Shown piece after piece: positions 1-8,869 of a stretch of DNA of 64,000 nucleotides. Position numbers and translations under genes: made by a program. Source of the stretch: a virus. The DNA is taken from IMG/VR virus record IMGVR_UViG_3300047462_000400, positions 50,870 through 114,869 of that record; one strand, written 5' to 3'. Position 1 is the stretch's first letter. Each line of letters starts with the position of its first letter. The notes below the pieces were generated by a model. It was not told the origin of the DNA and did no database searches. It worked only from the letters and a program-made list of their open reading frames with translations.

Positions 1-1
1 G

Positions 2-460
2 ACCATCAGCGAGATCGAGGATGGGGTGAGCTACGGCCTCTACGAGATGACCGCGCATGACGAGCGAGCGGTCGTACTCATCGGACGGCTGGTCGTCAAC
101 ACCGCGCTCGCCATGAGCGACCCCGCGAACGTTACCGAGCTCCCGAGTCGGCCCAGCAAGCGCGGCATCAACAGCCCCTTTACGGGTCGTCGGGGGTCCG
201 GTCCCACCGCGCGGACCTACGTGCTTGGCAAGAACATCACCATCAAGACCGATCTGCGGCCCGAGGTGCGCCGGTACTTGGGGGGCGAGCGCCGGAGCCT
301 ATCGGTCCAGGTGCTCGTCGCTGGCCATTACAAGATGCAGCCGCACGGACCGCGGAACAGTCTTCGCAAGCTGATCTGGCGGGAGCCCTACTGGCGCGGT
401 CCCGAGGATGCGCCGATTCCGATTCGTGGTCACAACCTGGAGAAGGTCGATGAAAAGTAG
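2..460 (+). CDS. 5'-truncated protein with C-terminal GHYKxQPxGP...RKxIWxEPxWRGPE motif
   Basis: Frame open to window edge; motif shared with next gene. Confidence 0.8.
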   Translation, partial: TISEIEDGVSYGLYEMTAHDERAVVLIGRLVVNTALAMSDPANVTELPSRPSKRGINSPFTGRRGSGPTARTYVLGKNITIKTDLRPEVRRYLGGERRSLSVQVLVAGHYKMQPHGPRNSLRKLIWREPYWRGPEDAPIPIRGHNLEKVDEK

Positions 461-2072
461 TCGTGGAAAGCAGGCGCTCGTGCGGCGCGCGCAATGGACC
501 CAGGCGATGAGCCGCAACGAGCGCCGCAACGAGATGGCGCGGCGGAGCGTGGGCAGGAGCGACCTCGCGCTGCTCCTATGCTCCATCGACCATACCGCTC
601 GGACCATGCACCAGACGATGCCGGCGGAGCTAAAGCCGCTCCAGGGGGAACCGCTCGTCACTGGGATTGTGGAGCGACTCGAGCTGGAAGACTTCGCCCA
701 GCAGCTCATCGAAGACCCGAGCTGGGTAGCGATGCGCACCCGGTGGATCCGCCTTGGCTGGCGCGGAGCGACTGACGAAACCTTCAACGATACGTTCGTG
801 CGCGCAACTGCCGAACGGATGGCCGAGTTCCACGCCGGCTCGGTCCGCGACATCGTCCTCGACGCCGAGATGGTGAAGCATTCGGCCACCATGCAGAAGA
901 CGATGACCCAAGCGTTCAAAGAGCGGCTGGATGCTGAGTACGCGCGGTTGCCGCGCGCCGCCGACTCGGTGGAGCCGGCGACGGCTCCCATCCTTCAAGC
1001 AGCCGAGACGGCGTTGGCGAGTGAAGGACGAGCCCAGAGAATCGGAGAAGCGCGGGATGCGATAAAGGCGCTCACGCGCGATGAGCAGCTGGAGATCATC
1101 GAGGAGGTCCAGCGGCGAGAGGCGGTGGATGCCAAGATTCGCTCGCTGACTCCACCCGTCGAGACCAGGCAGGTCGAAGTGGACGTCGACCCCGCGCAGT
1201 TCGTCGCCAAGTACACCGACCACGGCCTGATGCGCGCAGGCCGCATTCTATGGGAGAAGACCTATGCCATTGGTCTCACCGACGACCAGGCGCACGACAA
1301 GCTGAACGTCGGCGACGACCACAACGGCCTCATGTCTCGCTTCGCGGCCAAGTGGGCAGTGCACGCCTTCCAGCGCCTGATGACCAGCCACACGTTCGCG
1401 GCGGCGCTCATGTGCTCGGATGTCCAACGGGAGGTGCTCGAAGGCATCGAGAAGCAGTGGGACGCCTTCATGGTGCTGATCCCGAACGGGATGCTGGTGG
1501 CGGAAGGCCACGAGTTCTCGCGCGTGCTTGTCGCTACCTACAGCTATGGCGCGGATCTCATCCTCCTATCGGTGAACGCCACCGGCGTCGTCCGGTCCCC
1601 TTCGCTCAAAGCGAAGAGCCTGCCGGAGCTTCTGGCGTGTCAGGAGAGCGACCTGGAGGACGACAGCAACGTGAGCTCCATGGCACGTCGGTGCCTGGTC
1701 ATGGCGAAGCGCCTCGTCGCGGGGTTGCTTCTGAACCTTCAGCACCCGCCGAACTACAAGATCCGGAAGGTGGAGGAGCGCCCGAAGAGCAAGGGGCGCG
1801 AGGCCGAGCCGGAGCATCGCATCGTCAGCGTCGGCAAATCGCTCGAGATCGACTGCCGGGCAGCCATCAAGGACTACATCGAGCACGGTCCGAAGAAGGG
1901 CCGCAAGCATTCGCCGCCCACCGTGCAGGTCATGGTCCGCGGGCACTACAAGCGGCAGCCGTGCGGACCGAGGGGGATGGACCGCAAGGTCATATGGATC
2001 GAACCTTTCTGGCGCGGGCCGGAAGCGGCGCTCATTCAGACTCGAGCAGCAAAAGTCTCGCAGGAGGGATAG
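450..2072 (+). CDS. Unknown 540-aa protein with the same C-terminal GHYKRQPCGP...WIEPFWRGPE motif
   Basis: ATG 450 after GGAGAAGG; long ORF with genome-typical codon usage. Confidence 0.85.
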   Translation: MKSSRGKQALVRRAQWTQAMSRNERRNEMARRSVGRSDLALLLCSIDHTARTMHQTMPAELKPLQGEPLVTGIVERLELEDFAQQLIEDPSWVAMRTRWIRLGWRGATDETFNDTFVRATAERMAEFHAGSVRDIVLDAEMVKHSATMQKTMTQAFKERLDAEYARLPRAADSVEPATAPILQAAETALASEGRAQRIGEARDAIKALTRDEQLEIIEEVQRREAVDAKIRSLTPPVETRQVEVDVDPAQFVAKYTDHGLMRAGRILWEKTYAIGLTDDQAHDKLNVGDDHNGLMSRFAAKWAVHAFQRLMTSHTFAAALMCSDVQREVLEGIEKQWDAFMVLIPNGMLVAEGHEFSRVLVATYSYGADLILLSVNATGVVRSPSLKAKSLPELLACQESDLEDDSNVSSMARRCLVMAKRLVAGLLLNLQHPPNYKIRKVEERPKSKGREAEPEHRIVSVGKSLEIDCRAAIKDYIEHGPKKGRKHSPPTVQVMVRGHYKRQPCGPRGMDRKVIWIEPFWRGPEAALIQTRAAKVSQEG

Positions 2073-2074
2073 CG

Positions 2075-2512
2075 ATGGAAGAATCCGAAGACTCCGTTGG
2101 CGCGACCGATCTCGCACGTCGGCTCCGCAGAGACGCAAAGAGCAAGGGGCTCGGCAGCCGATACTGGGCAGGCTGGAAGCTCCAGCTGACGTTCGGGCCG
2201 TACGAGAAGGTATTCGACGACGAGACGAAGAAGCTGGCGGACAACGTCGTCGACCAGGTGCTGGGTCCCCCGACGAATGATCCGGTCGCGAAGCAAGTGG
2301 TCAAGGAGCTGACCAAGGACCAGTGGCACCTCTCCGTGAGCTGGCGTGGGGGCTTCCCGATCGAATCCGGCAAGGTGCGGCTCAAGCTGCTCGTCGTCGC
2401 GCTGGGGGTGCCGGAGGACAAGCGCGAGGGGTTTCAGGTCGCGCGGGTCACGACGCCGAGCGGGCAGCCGAGCCCCCAGGTTACCCACTGGGTGTGGAAA
2501 GAGCCGTCGTGA
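2075..2512 (+). CDS. Hypothetical protein
   Basis: GGAGGG RBS, ATG 2075, coupled to neighbours. Confidence 0.75.
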   Translation: MEESEDSVGATDLARRLRRDAKSKGLGSRYWAGWKLQLTFGPYEKVFDDETKKLADNVVDQVLGPPTNDPVAKQVVKELTKDQWHLSVSWRGGFPIESGKVRLKLLVVALGVPEDKREGFQVARVTTPSGQPSPQVTHWVWKEPS

Positions 2513-2820
2513 GCGGTCGCAGCCGAGCCGCACCGTGGTTTCGTGCACCGGGCGAGCGCTACGAGCTGGCCATCGCCCAGCACGAGTGGTCGAAGCGCAA
2601 CCCGGATCGGGTGTTGTTCAAGGGTGGCACCTTCCGGATCCGCACGGAGCTTTTCAACTTCACGGATCTCGACCTCGGTCCGTGCTGCGAAAACTGTCAT
2701 CGTGTGCAGGACGACGTGCGTGAGCGGATTGGAGCGGTCGTGGTCCAGAACGTGGTGCGGCTCCGCGCCAAGCTCTGCGACCGGTGTGCGAGCGCGTTGG
2801 AGGCGTCGAATGGAGCGTAA
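2509..2820 (+). CDS. Small Cys-rich (CxxC...CxxC) protein
   Basis: GTGA overlap with upstream stop; CENC and CDRC pairs. Confidence 0.7.
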   Translation: MSGRSRAAPWFRAPGERYELAIAQHEWSKRNPDRVLFKGGTFRIRTELFNFTDLDLGPCCENCHRVQDDVRERIGAVVVQNVVRLRAKLCDRCASALEASNGA

Positions 2821-3040
2821 GCAAAAGACCAACGGACCCCTCGAGCTGTTCGTCATCTACGAGCGGCCGAAGGACTACCCGGCGCACTTCGTGGTGCGCA
2901 GGTGGTTCGGGATGGAGCCCACGGAGGACTTCGCCATCGCCGACACGCTCGAGGCGGCGCGCAAAGAGCTCCCGCGCGGCCTCTACCGCATCCCCCGTCA
3001 ACCCGGCGAGGACCCGGTCATCGCGGAGACGTGGGTATGA
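2810..3040 (+). CDS. Small phage-type hypothetical protein (IYERPKDYP...EDPVIAETW)
   Basis: GGAGG RBS; globular-looking 76 aa. Confidence 0.75.
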   Translation: MERKQKTNGPLELFVIYERPKDYPAHFVVRRWFGMEPTEDFAIADTLEAARKELPRGLYRIPRQPGEDPVIAETWV

Positions 3041-3228
3041 TCACCAGGCTGCTCCATTGGCTCGCGCATGCGCTCGGCGTCCAGCGGACGCGCACGCGCT
3101 TTATCGATCTCGGCCGTGGCCACGAACACATCATTCGTGAATGCGTCACATGCGGGCAGAGGGTGTCCGCGCCAGAGCACTCGCCTGGGTGCCCTCGGTG
3201 CGCCTGGGACATCGTAAGGCGCGCATGA
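3037..3228 (+). CDS. Small zinc-ribbon protein
   Basis: ATGA coupling; CVTC and CPRC. Confidence 0.65.
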   Translation: MITRLLHWLAHALGVQRTRTRFIDLGRGHEHIIRECVTCGQRVSAPEHSPGCPRCAWDIVRRA

Positions 3229-3539
3229 GCGACGAGGACGGTGGCCGTCATCTCAGTTCGGAGATCACGGCGGGCCTGCGCGTGTGCAAGAAAGCGCTAA
3301 AGAGCCTGCACCGCATCTTCGCGGAGGAGGACAAGGCGAAACCGGGTAACCGACCGAACTTCGCGTTGTTCAACGCGGTCCGCGGCAGCATGCTGATCGC
3401 CGTGGGCTACCTGCACCACGCTACCGATGGGAGGCTCACGGACGAAACGTTCCGCGATACGCTGCATGCGCTACTCGACAAGGCAATCGAAGACTTCCAG
3501 TTCAATGAGCGTCGGCGCACGGCCGGGGAATCTCAATGA
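3225..3539 (+). CDS. Hypothetical helical protein
   Basis: ATGA coupling at both ends. Confidence 0.7.
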   Translation: MSDEDGGRHLSSEITAGLRVCKKALKSLHRIFAEEDKAKPGNRPNFALFNAVRGSMLIAVGYLHHATDGRLTDETFRDTLHALLDKAIEDFQFNERRRTAGESQ

Positions 3540-3778
3540 GCAATCGACGGACCCACCAGTTCGTGCTGCTGCTGAACGACTTCGAGCGGGATGCGCTCGA
3601 CCGGGTCGTCGAGACGCAGGGCTTCCGGGACGCCTCGGAGGCGCTTCGCTACCTCATTCGAAAAGCAGCCGATCCCGAGGGGGCCTACCTGCCTTGCCCT
3701 TCGTGCGGTGGAAGGACCGCCATCTGCTCCCCGGGCTGTCCAGAGGTCGAGCGCCGGAAGGCTGAGGCGGCATCGTGA
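3536..3778 (+). CDS. Ribbon-helix-helix DNA-binding protein with C-terminal zinc ribbon
   Basis: QFVLLLNDFERDALDRVVETQGFRDASEALRYLI pattern; CPSC...C...C. Confidence 0.7.
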   Translation: MSNRRTHQFVLLLNDFERDALDRVVETQGFRDASEALRYLIRKAADPEGAYLPCPSCGGRTAICSPGCPEVERRKAEAAS

Positions 3779-4032
3779 CGGCGGGGCTCACTTACCAGTG
3801 CGTCAGCTGCGAGTCAGCGACCTTCCTCCATCCCGCGGGTGAGGAGTCGAGCTGCGGAGCTATCAAGGGGTCGTGCGCGATCCTGTACCGCGCCGGTTGG
3901 CGCCCCGCGCAGGTGCGGGTCTCGCTGCAAGCCCCGGAGGGGCATCAGGATCAGCACCTTCTCACTCGTGGGGGGTGGGTGTGCCCGGAGTGTGTCGGAC
4001 GGTTTGCGAAGCCCGAGGAGTGGCTGCGGTGA
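3775..4032 (+). CDS. Small zinc-finger protein
   Basis: CVSC and CPEC; GTGA coupling. Confidence 0.7.
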   Translation: MTAGLTYQCVSCESATFLHPAGEESSCGAIKGSCAILYRAGWRPAQVRVSLQAPEGHQDQHLLTRGGWVCPECVGRFAKPEEWLR

Positions 4033-4169
4033 GCTCGTACCGCGTGCCCGAGCGGGTGGCACCCGAGCCCGCGCCGTTCCTGCACCCGCGCGCGGAATGC
4101 CCGCTCTGCCATGTCTGCCCCAACCACCTGCTCCTCCACCGTGAGGACTGCCCATGGTGGCAGGCGTGA
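4029..4169 (+). CDS. Small Cys/His-rich peptide
   Basis: GTGA coupling; CPLCHVC...H...C. Confidence 0.5.
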   Translation: MSSYRVPERVAPEPAPFLHPRAECPLCHVCPNHLLLHREDCPWWQA

Positions 4170-4214
4170 CGCGGTGCCTGACGAGGCCGGAGTTGACGCC
4201 CGCCGAGGGCGCGA

Positions 4215-4362
4215 GTAGAAAATGAACGTTATCCGCTTGACGCCCACGGCCCATGTGTTAGATTGATCGATGTCGGAAGGGGAAACGCTCCCGACAGACC
4301 ACCACCAACCACCACGGAGTCTCCCATGATCATCACCGCCAAGTTCGCTTCTGTCTGCCCCT
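4215..4362 (+). promoter_or_regulatory. Promoter-hairpin-RBS cassette, copy 1
   Basis: TTGACG-16-TAGATT with extended -10 TG; GAAA-loop hairpin 4271-4296; (ACC)n; GGAG RBS. 146/148 identical to 5455-5602. Confidence 0.85.
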
Positions 4363-4364
4363 AG
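4326..4364 (+). pseudogene. 12-codon stub MIITAKFASVCP* (truncated duplicate of the 5566-5835 gene)
   Basis: Same first 12 residues; TAG is supplied by the start of cassette copy 2. Confidence 0.8.
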
Positions 4365-4477
4365 AAAATGGACGGTATCCGCTTGACACCCACGGTTCAT
4401 GTGTTAGATTGATTGATGTCGGAAGGGGAAACGCTCCCGACAGACCACCACCAACCACCACGGAGTCTCCCATGATC
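4362..4477 (+). promoter_or_regulatory. Promoter-hairpin-RBS cassette, copy 2 (TTGACA variant)
   Basis: Same layout with a few substitutions; leads into the pentapeptide gene. Confidence 0.85.
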
Positions 4478-5299
4478 GGCAAGGCCATGATCGAAATCAA
4501 GCGTTGGGATACGGGCGCAGTCATCTACACCAGCGACGAGACCGAGATCGCGTATGCGCTGACCGAGGCGGTTCGCCAGGGCGCGGTCCTCACGGACGCG
4601 GACCTCACGGGCGCGGTCCTCACGGGCGCGGTCCTCAGGGCCGCGGTCCTCAGGGGCGCGGACCTCACGGACGCGGTCCTCACGGACGCGGACCTCACGG
4701 GCGCGGTCCTCAGGGGCGCGGACCTCACGGACGCGGACCTCACGGGCGCGGTCCTCAGGGGCGCGGTCCTCAGGGGCGCGGTCCTCGCGGGCGCGGACCT
4801 CAGGGGCGCGGACCTCAGGGGCGCGGACCTCAGGGGCGCGGACCTCAGGGGCGCGGACCTCAGGGGCGCGGACCTCACGGACGCGGTCCTCACGGGCGCG
4901 GTCCTCGCGGGCGCGGACCTCAGGGGCGCGGTCCTCACGGACGCGGACCTCACGGGCGCGGTCCTCACGGACGCGGACCTCACTCCAATCCGCGACGACG
5001 TATGGTCCATCCTCGACGCGGCGCCCGCGGAGGTGCCGGCGCTTCTCGAGGCGCTGCGCGCTGGCCGATTCGACGGCTCGCATTACGAGGGCGAGTGCGC
5101 CTGCCTCGTCGGGACGCTCGCGAACGCGCGTAAGTGCGATTACGAGTCCATTCCGGGACTCGAGCCGGACTCAAATAGACCCGCCGAGCGCTGGGCACTT
5201 GCGATTCGCAAGGGGCATACGCCGGATAACAACCCCGTCGCTGCGATTACGGCGAAGTGGGTGGAGGAGTGGATGGCGAAGAGGGAGGCTACGCCGTGA
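4472..5299 (+). CDS. Pentapeptide-repeat protein
   Basis: About 30 A(D/V)L(T/R)(G/D) repeats from 15-nt DNA units; IEIKRWDTGAVIY N-terminus; Cys-containing C-terminal domain. Confidence 0.92.
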   Translation: MIGKAMIEIKRWDTGAVIYTSDETEIAYALTEAVRQGAVLTDADLTGAVLTGAVLRAAVLRGADLTDAVLTDADLTGAVLRGADLTDADLTGAVLRGAVLRGAVLAGADLRGADLRGADLRGADLRGADLRGADLTDAVLTGAVLAGADLRGAVLTDADLTGAVLTDADLTPIRDDVWSILDAAPAEVPALLEALRAGRFDGSHYEGECACLVGTLANARKCDYESIPGLEPDSNRPAERWALAIRKGHTPDNNPVAAITAKWVEEWMAKREATP

Positions 5300-5454
5300 A
5301 ACCGTCAGTATGCCCCGCCTGCGGATGCGCGATCGACCGCATCCGATGATGGAGGTGATCGAGTCGCTCGCGGACGTGATCGAGGCCAACGAAACGAAGC
5401 ATGCCTATCCGGTTAGTTCCCATCGGCTATCCTTTCCGCGTGTTTGCGCGACCC

Positions 5455-5602
5455 GTAGAAAATGAACGTTATCCGCTTGACGCCCACGGCCCATGTGTTA
5501 GATTGATCGATGTCGGAAGGGGAAACGCTCCCGACAGACCACCACCAGCCACCACGGAGTCTCCCATGATCATCACCGCCAAGTTCGCTTCCGTCTGCCC
5601 CT
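5455..5602 (+). promoter_or_regulatory. Promoter-hairpin-RBS cassette, copy 3
   Basis: Direct repeat of 4215-4362 at offset 1240. Confidence 0.85.
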
Positions 5603-5835
5603 GCTGTAACTCCCGCATCGTCCCCGGCAGCAAGGTCGAGTGGAGCCAGGGCAGCCGGGCCAAGCACACGGCCTGCTCGGGCGCGGTCGCCTCGACCATC
5701 TCGGCACGCCCCGCCGGACGACGCTACACGTCGTCGCGAGGGCGATGGAACGGCTGCTCGTGCGGCGCTCGCGAGATGCCGGATGGGTCGCTCAGCGCCA
5801 ATGCTTGCGCCTCGTGTCGATTCGACAACGAGTGA
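5566..5835 (+). CDS. Small Cys-rich zinc-binding protein
   Basis: CPCC, H..C, CSC, CASC; cassette RBS. Confidence 0.8.
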   Translation: MIITAKFASVCPCCNSRIVPGSKVEWSQGSRAKHTACSGAVASTISARPAGRRYTSSRGRWNGCSCGAREMPDGSLSANACASCRFDNE

Positions 5836-5907
5836 TTCGCTCGTCGCTTGCGGGGCCTCCAGACGGGGCCTCGCGGGCGGCAATCGAGCCGCGGAAAGAC
5901 CACCACC

Positions 5908-6399
5908 ATGACCACCGACAAGATCAAGATCACGATGTCCGAGCGCCGGCCCCTCACGATCGACCCGGAGCTTTGGCCCGTGATCGCGCAAGCCGATTGG
6001 TACAACGGGCAGCACGAATTTCAGGCCAACACGATCCGTCGAATCAAGGTGCGTCAGCACGCCGACGGGCGCCGCATCGTCTACGGCTTTCAGCGGGCGG
6101 GGAACGGCGGGCAGCCCATCGGGACCCGCAACCCGGAGGCCGGATTTCTTCTCGCGGCTGGCGCGGACGAGGACGAGACGATCCGCGCGATCCGTCGCGT
6201 CGGTGGCGTCATCGACGATGACGGACTGGCCGAGCAGTGCATTGGGGACCTGCCGGCCGAGGAGATTGACGGGGCTCCCGTCGGAGACGGCGTGGCGATC
6301 CCCGTCGAGAAGCTGACCATGCTGCTCGTGCAGGCAAGGCCGCACTGCCCACCGGACCTCCAGGCCGAGATCGTCGCCGCCATCAAGGACGCGCAGTAG
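5908..6399 (+). CDS. Hypothetical protein directly upstream of the transposase
   Basis: ORF with TAG directly abutting transposase ATG. Confidence 0.75.
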   Translation: MTTDKIKITMSERRPLTIDPELWPVIAQADWYNGQHEFQANTIRRIKVRQHADGRRIVYGFQRAGNGGQPIGTRNPEAGFLLAAGADEDETIRAIRRVGGVIDDDGLAEQCIGDLPAEEIDGAPVGDGVAIPVEKLTMLLVQARPHCPPDLQAEIVAAIKDAQ

Positions 6400-7434
6400 A
6401 TGGATCCCCGCGGCTTCCCGACCACGTTGCCCGAGTTTCAGCGGGTGTTTCCTGACGATCGCGCGTGCGCGACGTACCTGGAGCGCCTGCGATGGCCCGA
6501 GCAATTCGACTGCCCCAAGTGCGGGGTGGTCGGGGAGCCGTACCGCTTCGACGCGAGGCCCCACGTGCTCCGCTGTCGCTCGTGCAAGGCCGATGTATCG
6601 CTCCTTGCGGGCACGGTCATGCAGGCGAGCCACACGCCGCTCTCGACCTGGTACTGGGCCGCGTACCTCGTCACGACGCAGACGCCCGGACAGAGCGCGC
6701 TCCAATTCCAGCGCCAGCTCGGGCTCACACGCTACGAGACGGCGTACATGATCCTCCAGAAGCTCCGCGCCGGCATGGTGCGGCCCGACCGCGACACGAT
6801 CGGAGGAGAGCACCATGTCGAGGTCGACGAGACGCTCGTCGGTGGTCGCAAGGGACGGCACCACAAGGTCTACGTGCTTGGCGCCGTCGAGGGCCGCATG
6901 CGCAAGACTGGCGAGCACGCGAGCGCGACGGGCCGTGAGCAGCACCGCGACGGCAAGCCGGTCAAGCGCCCGTACTATGCAGGCAGGCTGCGCCTCCAGC
7001 TCGTGAGCGACCGCCAGGCCGCGACGTGCGAGGGCTTCGTGCGCGAAAACGTCGCGCCGAAGACCAACGTGCGCACCGATGGATGGCAGGGATACGATCG
7101 ACTCGGCGTCATGGGCTACGTGCACCGTCCGATCGTGATGGCCGACCCCGCGATGAACGACGCGCACCTCCCGCTCATCCACCTCGTGTTTAGCAACCTC
7201 AAGGCGTGGATCCTTGGCACGCACCACGGCACGAGCCAGCAGCACTTGCAGGCATACCTGAACGAGTATGCCTTTCGCTTCAATCGCCGGTTCTCCCCGA
7301 TGACGGCGTTCAACTCGATCTTGGGGATCGGCATGAAGACGATCCCGCCGACGTACGCCGCGCTCTACTCGGGCCGCTGGCAGCATCCGGGTTCGCAGCC
7401 TCAAGATCCTCAGACGGAGATGCCGTTCGCATGA
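6400..7434 (+). CDS. IS1595-family (ISXO2-like) DDE transposase
   Basis: N-terminal zinc ribbon (CPKC, CRSC), HTH, VEVDETLVGG, TDGWQGY, HLQAYLNEYAFRFNRR. Confidence 0.92.
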   Translation: MDPRGFPTTLPEFQRVFPDDRACATYLERLRWPEQFDCPKCGVVGEPYRFDARPHVLRCRSCKADVSLLAGTVMQASHTPLSTWYWAAYLVTTQTPGQSALQFQRQLGLTRYETAYMILQKLRAGMVRPDRDTIGGEHHVEVDETLVGGRKGRHHKVYVLGAVEGRMRKTGEHASATGREQHRDGKPVKRPYYAGRLRLQLVSDRQAATCEGFVRENVAPKTNVRTDGWQGYDRLGVMGYVHRPIVMADPAMNDAHLPLIHLVFSNLKAWILGTHHGTSQQHLQAYLNEYAFRFNRRFSPMTAFNSILGIGMKTIPPTYAALYSGRWQHPGSQPQDPQTEMPFA

Positions 7435-7639
7435 TGTCCGCCGGTACGACGTCGAGCAGGGCCGCGAGTCCCTCTGGTGTGACGAGCACCCCGCGTTCGG
7501 TGCGCTGCACATACCCTCGCTCGCCGAGCGGACCGATGGCCCACGGATCGAGTGCGAAGACTGCTGCCGCGTCGCCCTCTGCGTACGCTTGGAGCATGCG
7601 CAGTTCGGGTGCGGTGAGGGGCTCGAAGAGAGTGGGCAT
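7310..7639 (-). CDS. Small convergent protein, possible winged helix
   Basis: LGERGYVQRTERGVLVTPEG; overlaps transposase 3' end on the opposite strand. Confidence 0.45.
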   Translation of the reverse strand: MPTLFEPLTAPELRMLQAYAEGDAAAVFALDPWAIGPLGERGYVQRTERGVLVTPEGLAALLDVVPADIMRTASPSEDLEAANPDAASGPSRARRTSAGSSSCRSPRSS

Positions 7640-7649
7640 GCGGGGCAAC

Positions 7650-8860
7650 CTACGTCAGCCATCGGTGCTCCGCACGGAGAAACGCGATGGGAGAAAACCG
7701 GATAGGCATGGTCTCAACGAGGCGGAGGCCGGCCATGACGATCGCCTGCGTGTCCTGCTCGGGCAGGGTCCCCTCTCCGAAGGTCCCGATGCGCTCCATG
7801 ACGTTGGAGGCCCGCTCGCGCGCGCGGAACTTCCCGGTCCCCTCGAACTTCTTCCGGATGAGCCCTTGCTTGTTCTTGAGCGCAGAGAGGTTGTCCTTCG
7901 CCACGCGCTCGGCCAGCTGGTTGATGGAGTGGCTGACTTGCCAGTCGCGGAACCCGTCGCGGTTCGCGGTCAGGATCTCGATAGACGGCGCGGTCAGCTC
8001 CGCGATGATGAAGCCGGGTACCTCGCCGACGTACTTCTCGAACATGAAGAGCCCGCGCGCGCGGACGTAGATGTCGTTCTGCTTCTTGTCAGGGGGTCGT
8101 CCACCGGCTGCGGGCCACCTCGCGCGTGGACGCGCATCTCGTTGGCACTCCGCCCACGCTCGCGCGCGAGCGGTTTCCAGTACCAAAACTGCTCGACGAA
8201 GTTGGCGACCCCGGTGCCGATGTTCGCGACCGGGTAGCTCGCGAGGAGGTTCCCCTCACGGCTCACCATGCGGAGTCGCCCCTTGCTGACCTCGACGCGC
8301 ACGCCGAGAACCTTGTCGCGGTTCGCGATGAAGTCGTCGTTGGAGAGGAACGCTCCGTAGTGCTCCAGCGCTGCGTTCACGGCCGCGCGTTGCTCCGGAG
8401 TGATCCCCACCTTCGCGCGCGGCGCTTCCCGCGCCTGCACGCCCGGCAGCCGTTGCTGGTCGACCATGTCGCGGTGGACCTGCTCGACCTCGTCAGCGAG
8501 CCAGTTGACGATGGTCTGGTCCCGCGTCCGCTGGTTGAACCCATCGAAGAATGCTTGCCGCGCTTCCTTCGATGGATTGTCGCCGAGCTGGCTGCGGAGG
8601 TCCGCGTCGTGGATGTCCCGGGCGACGTCCCACCGGAGCTGTTGCAGCATGTTCTTGGCGACCTGCTGGTAGTCACCCTTCGTCTCGAGCCGGATGACGC
8701 TGTTCGGGTCGCGCTGCCGCATCTCCTCGGCTTCGTGCATCTGGTCGCGGACCCATTCGAGGAAGTAGCTCCCCGCGAACTGCTCGTCCGCGTAGGCCGC
8801 ACCGGCGGCTTCCGCTTGCTCGAGGGGATCGACGGCGACCGGCTTCTTCTTGCGAGGCAT
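7650..8860 (-). CDS. Multi-module protein split by an apparent -1 frameshift at a C5 run (8093-8097)
   Basis: ORFs 7994-8860 and 7650-8186 join as ...PVDDP/PDKKQNDIY if one C is added. Confidence 0.6.
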
Positions 8861-8869
8861 GAGGACTCC

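Noticed and set aside
4215-5602. Direct repeats as a CRISPR array
   Set aside because: Units are 115-148 bp with promoter and RBS, spacing is irregular, and there are no cas genes
4170-7670. GCCTGACGAGG (4176) and GGCTGACGTAGG (reverse of 7649-7660) as IS1595 terminal repeats
   Set aside because: The match is short and gapped, and there is no flanking target-site duplication
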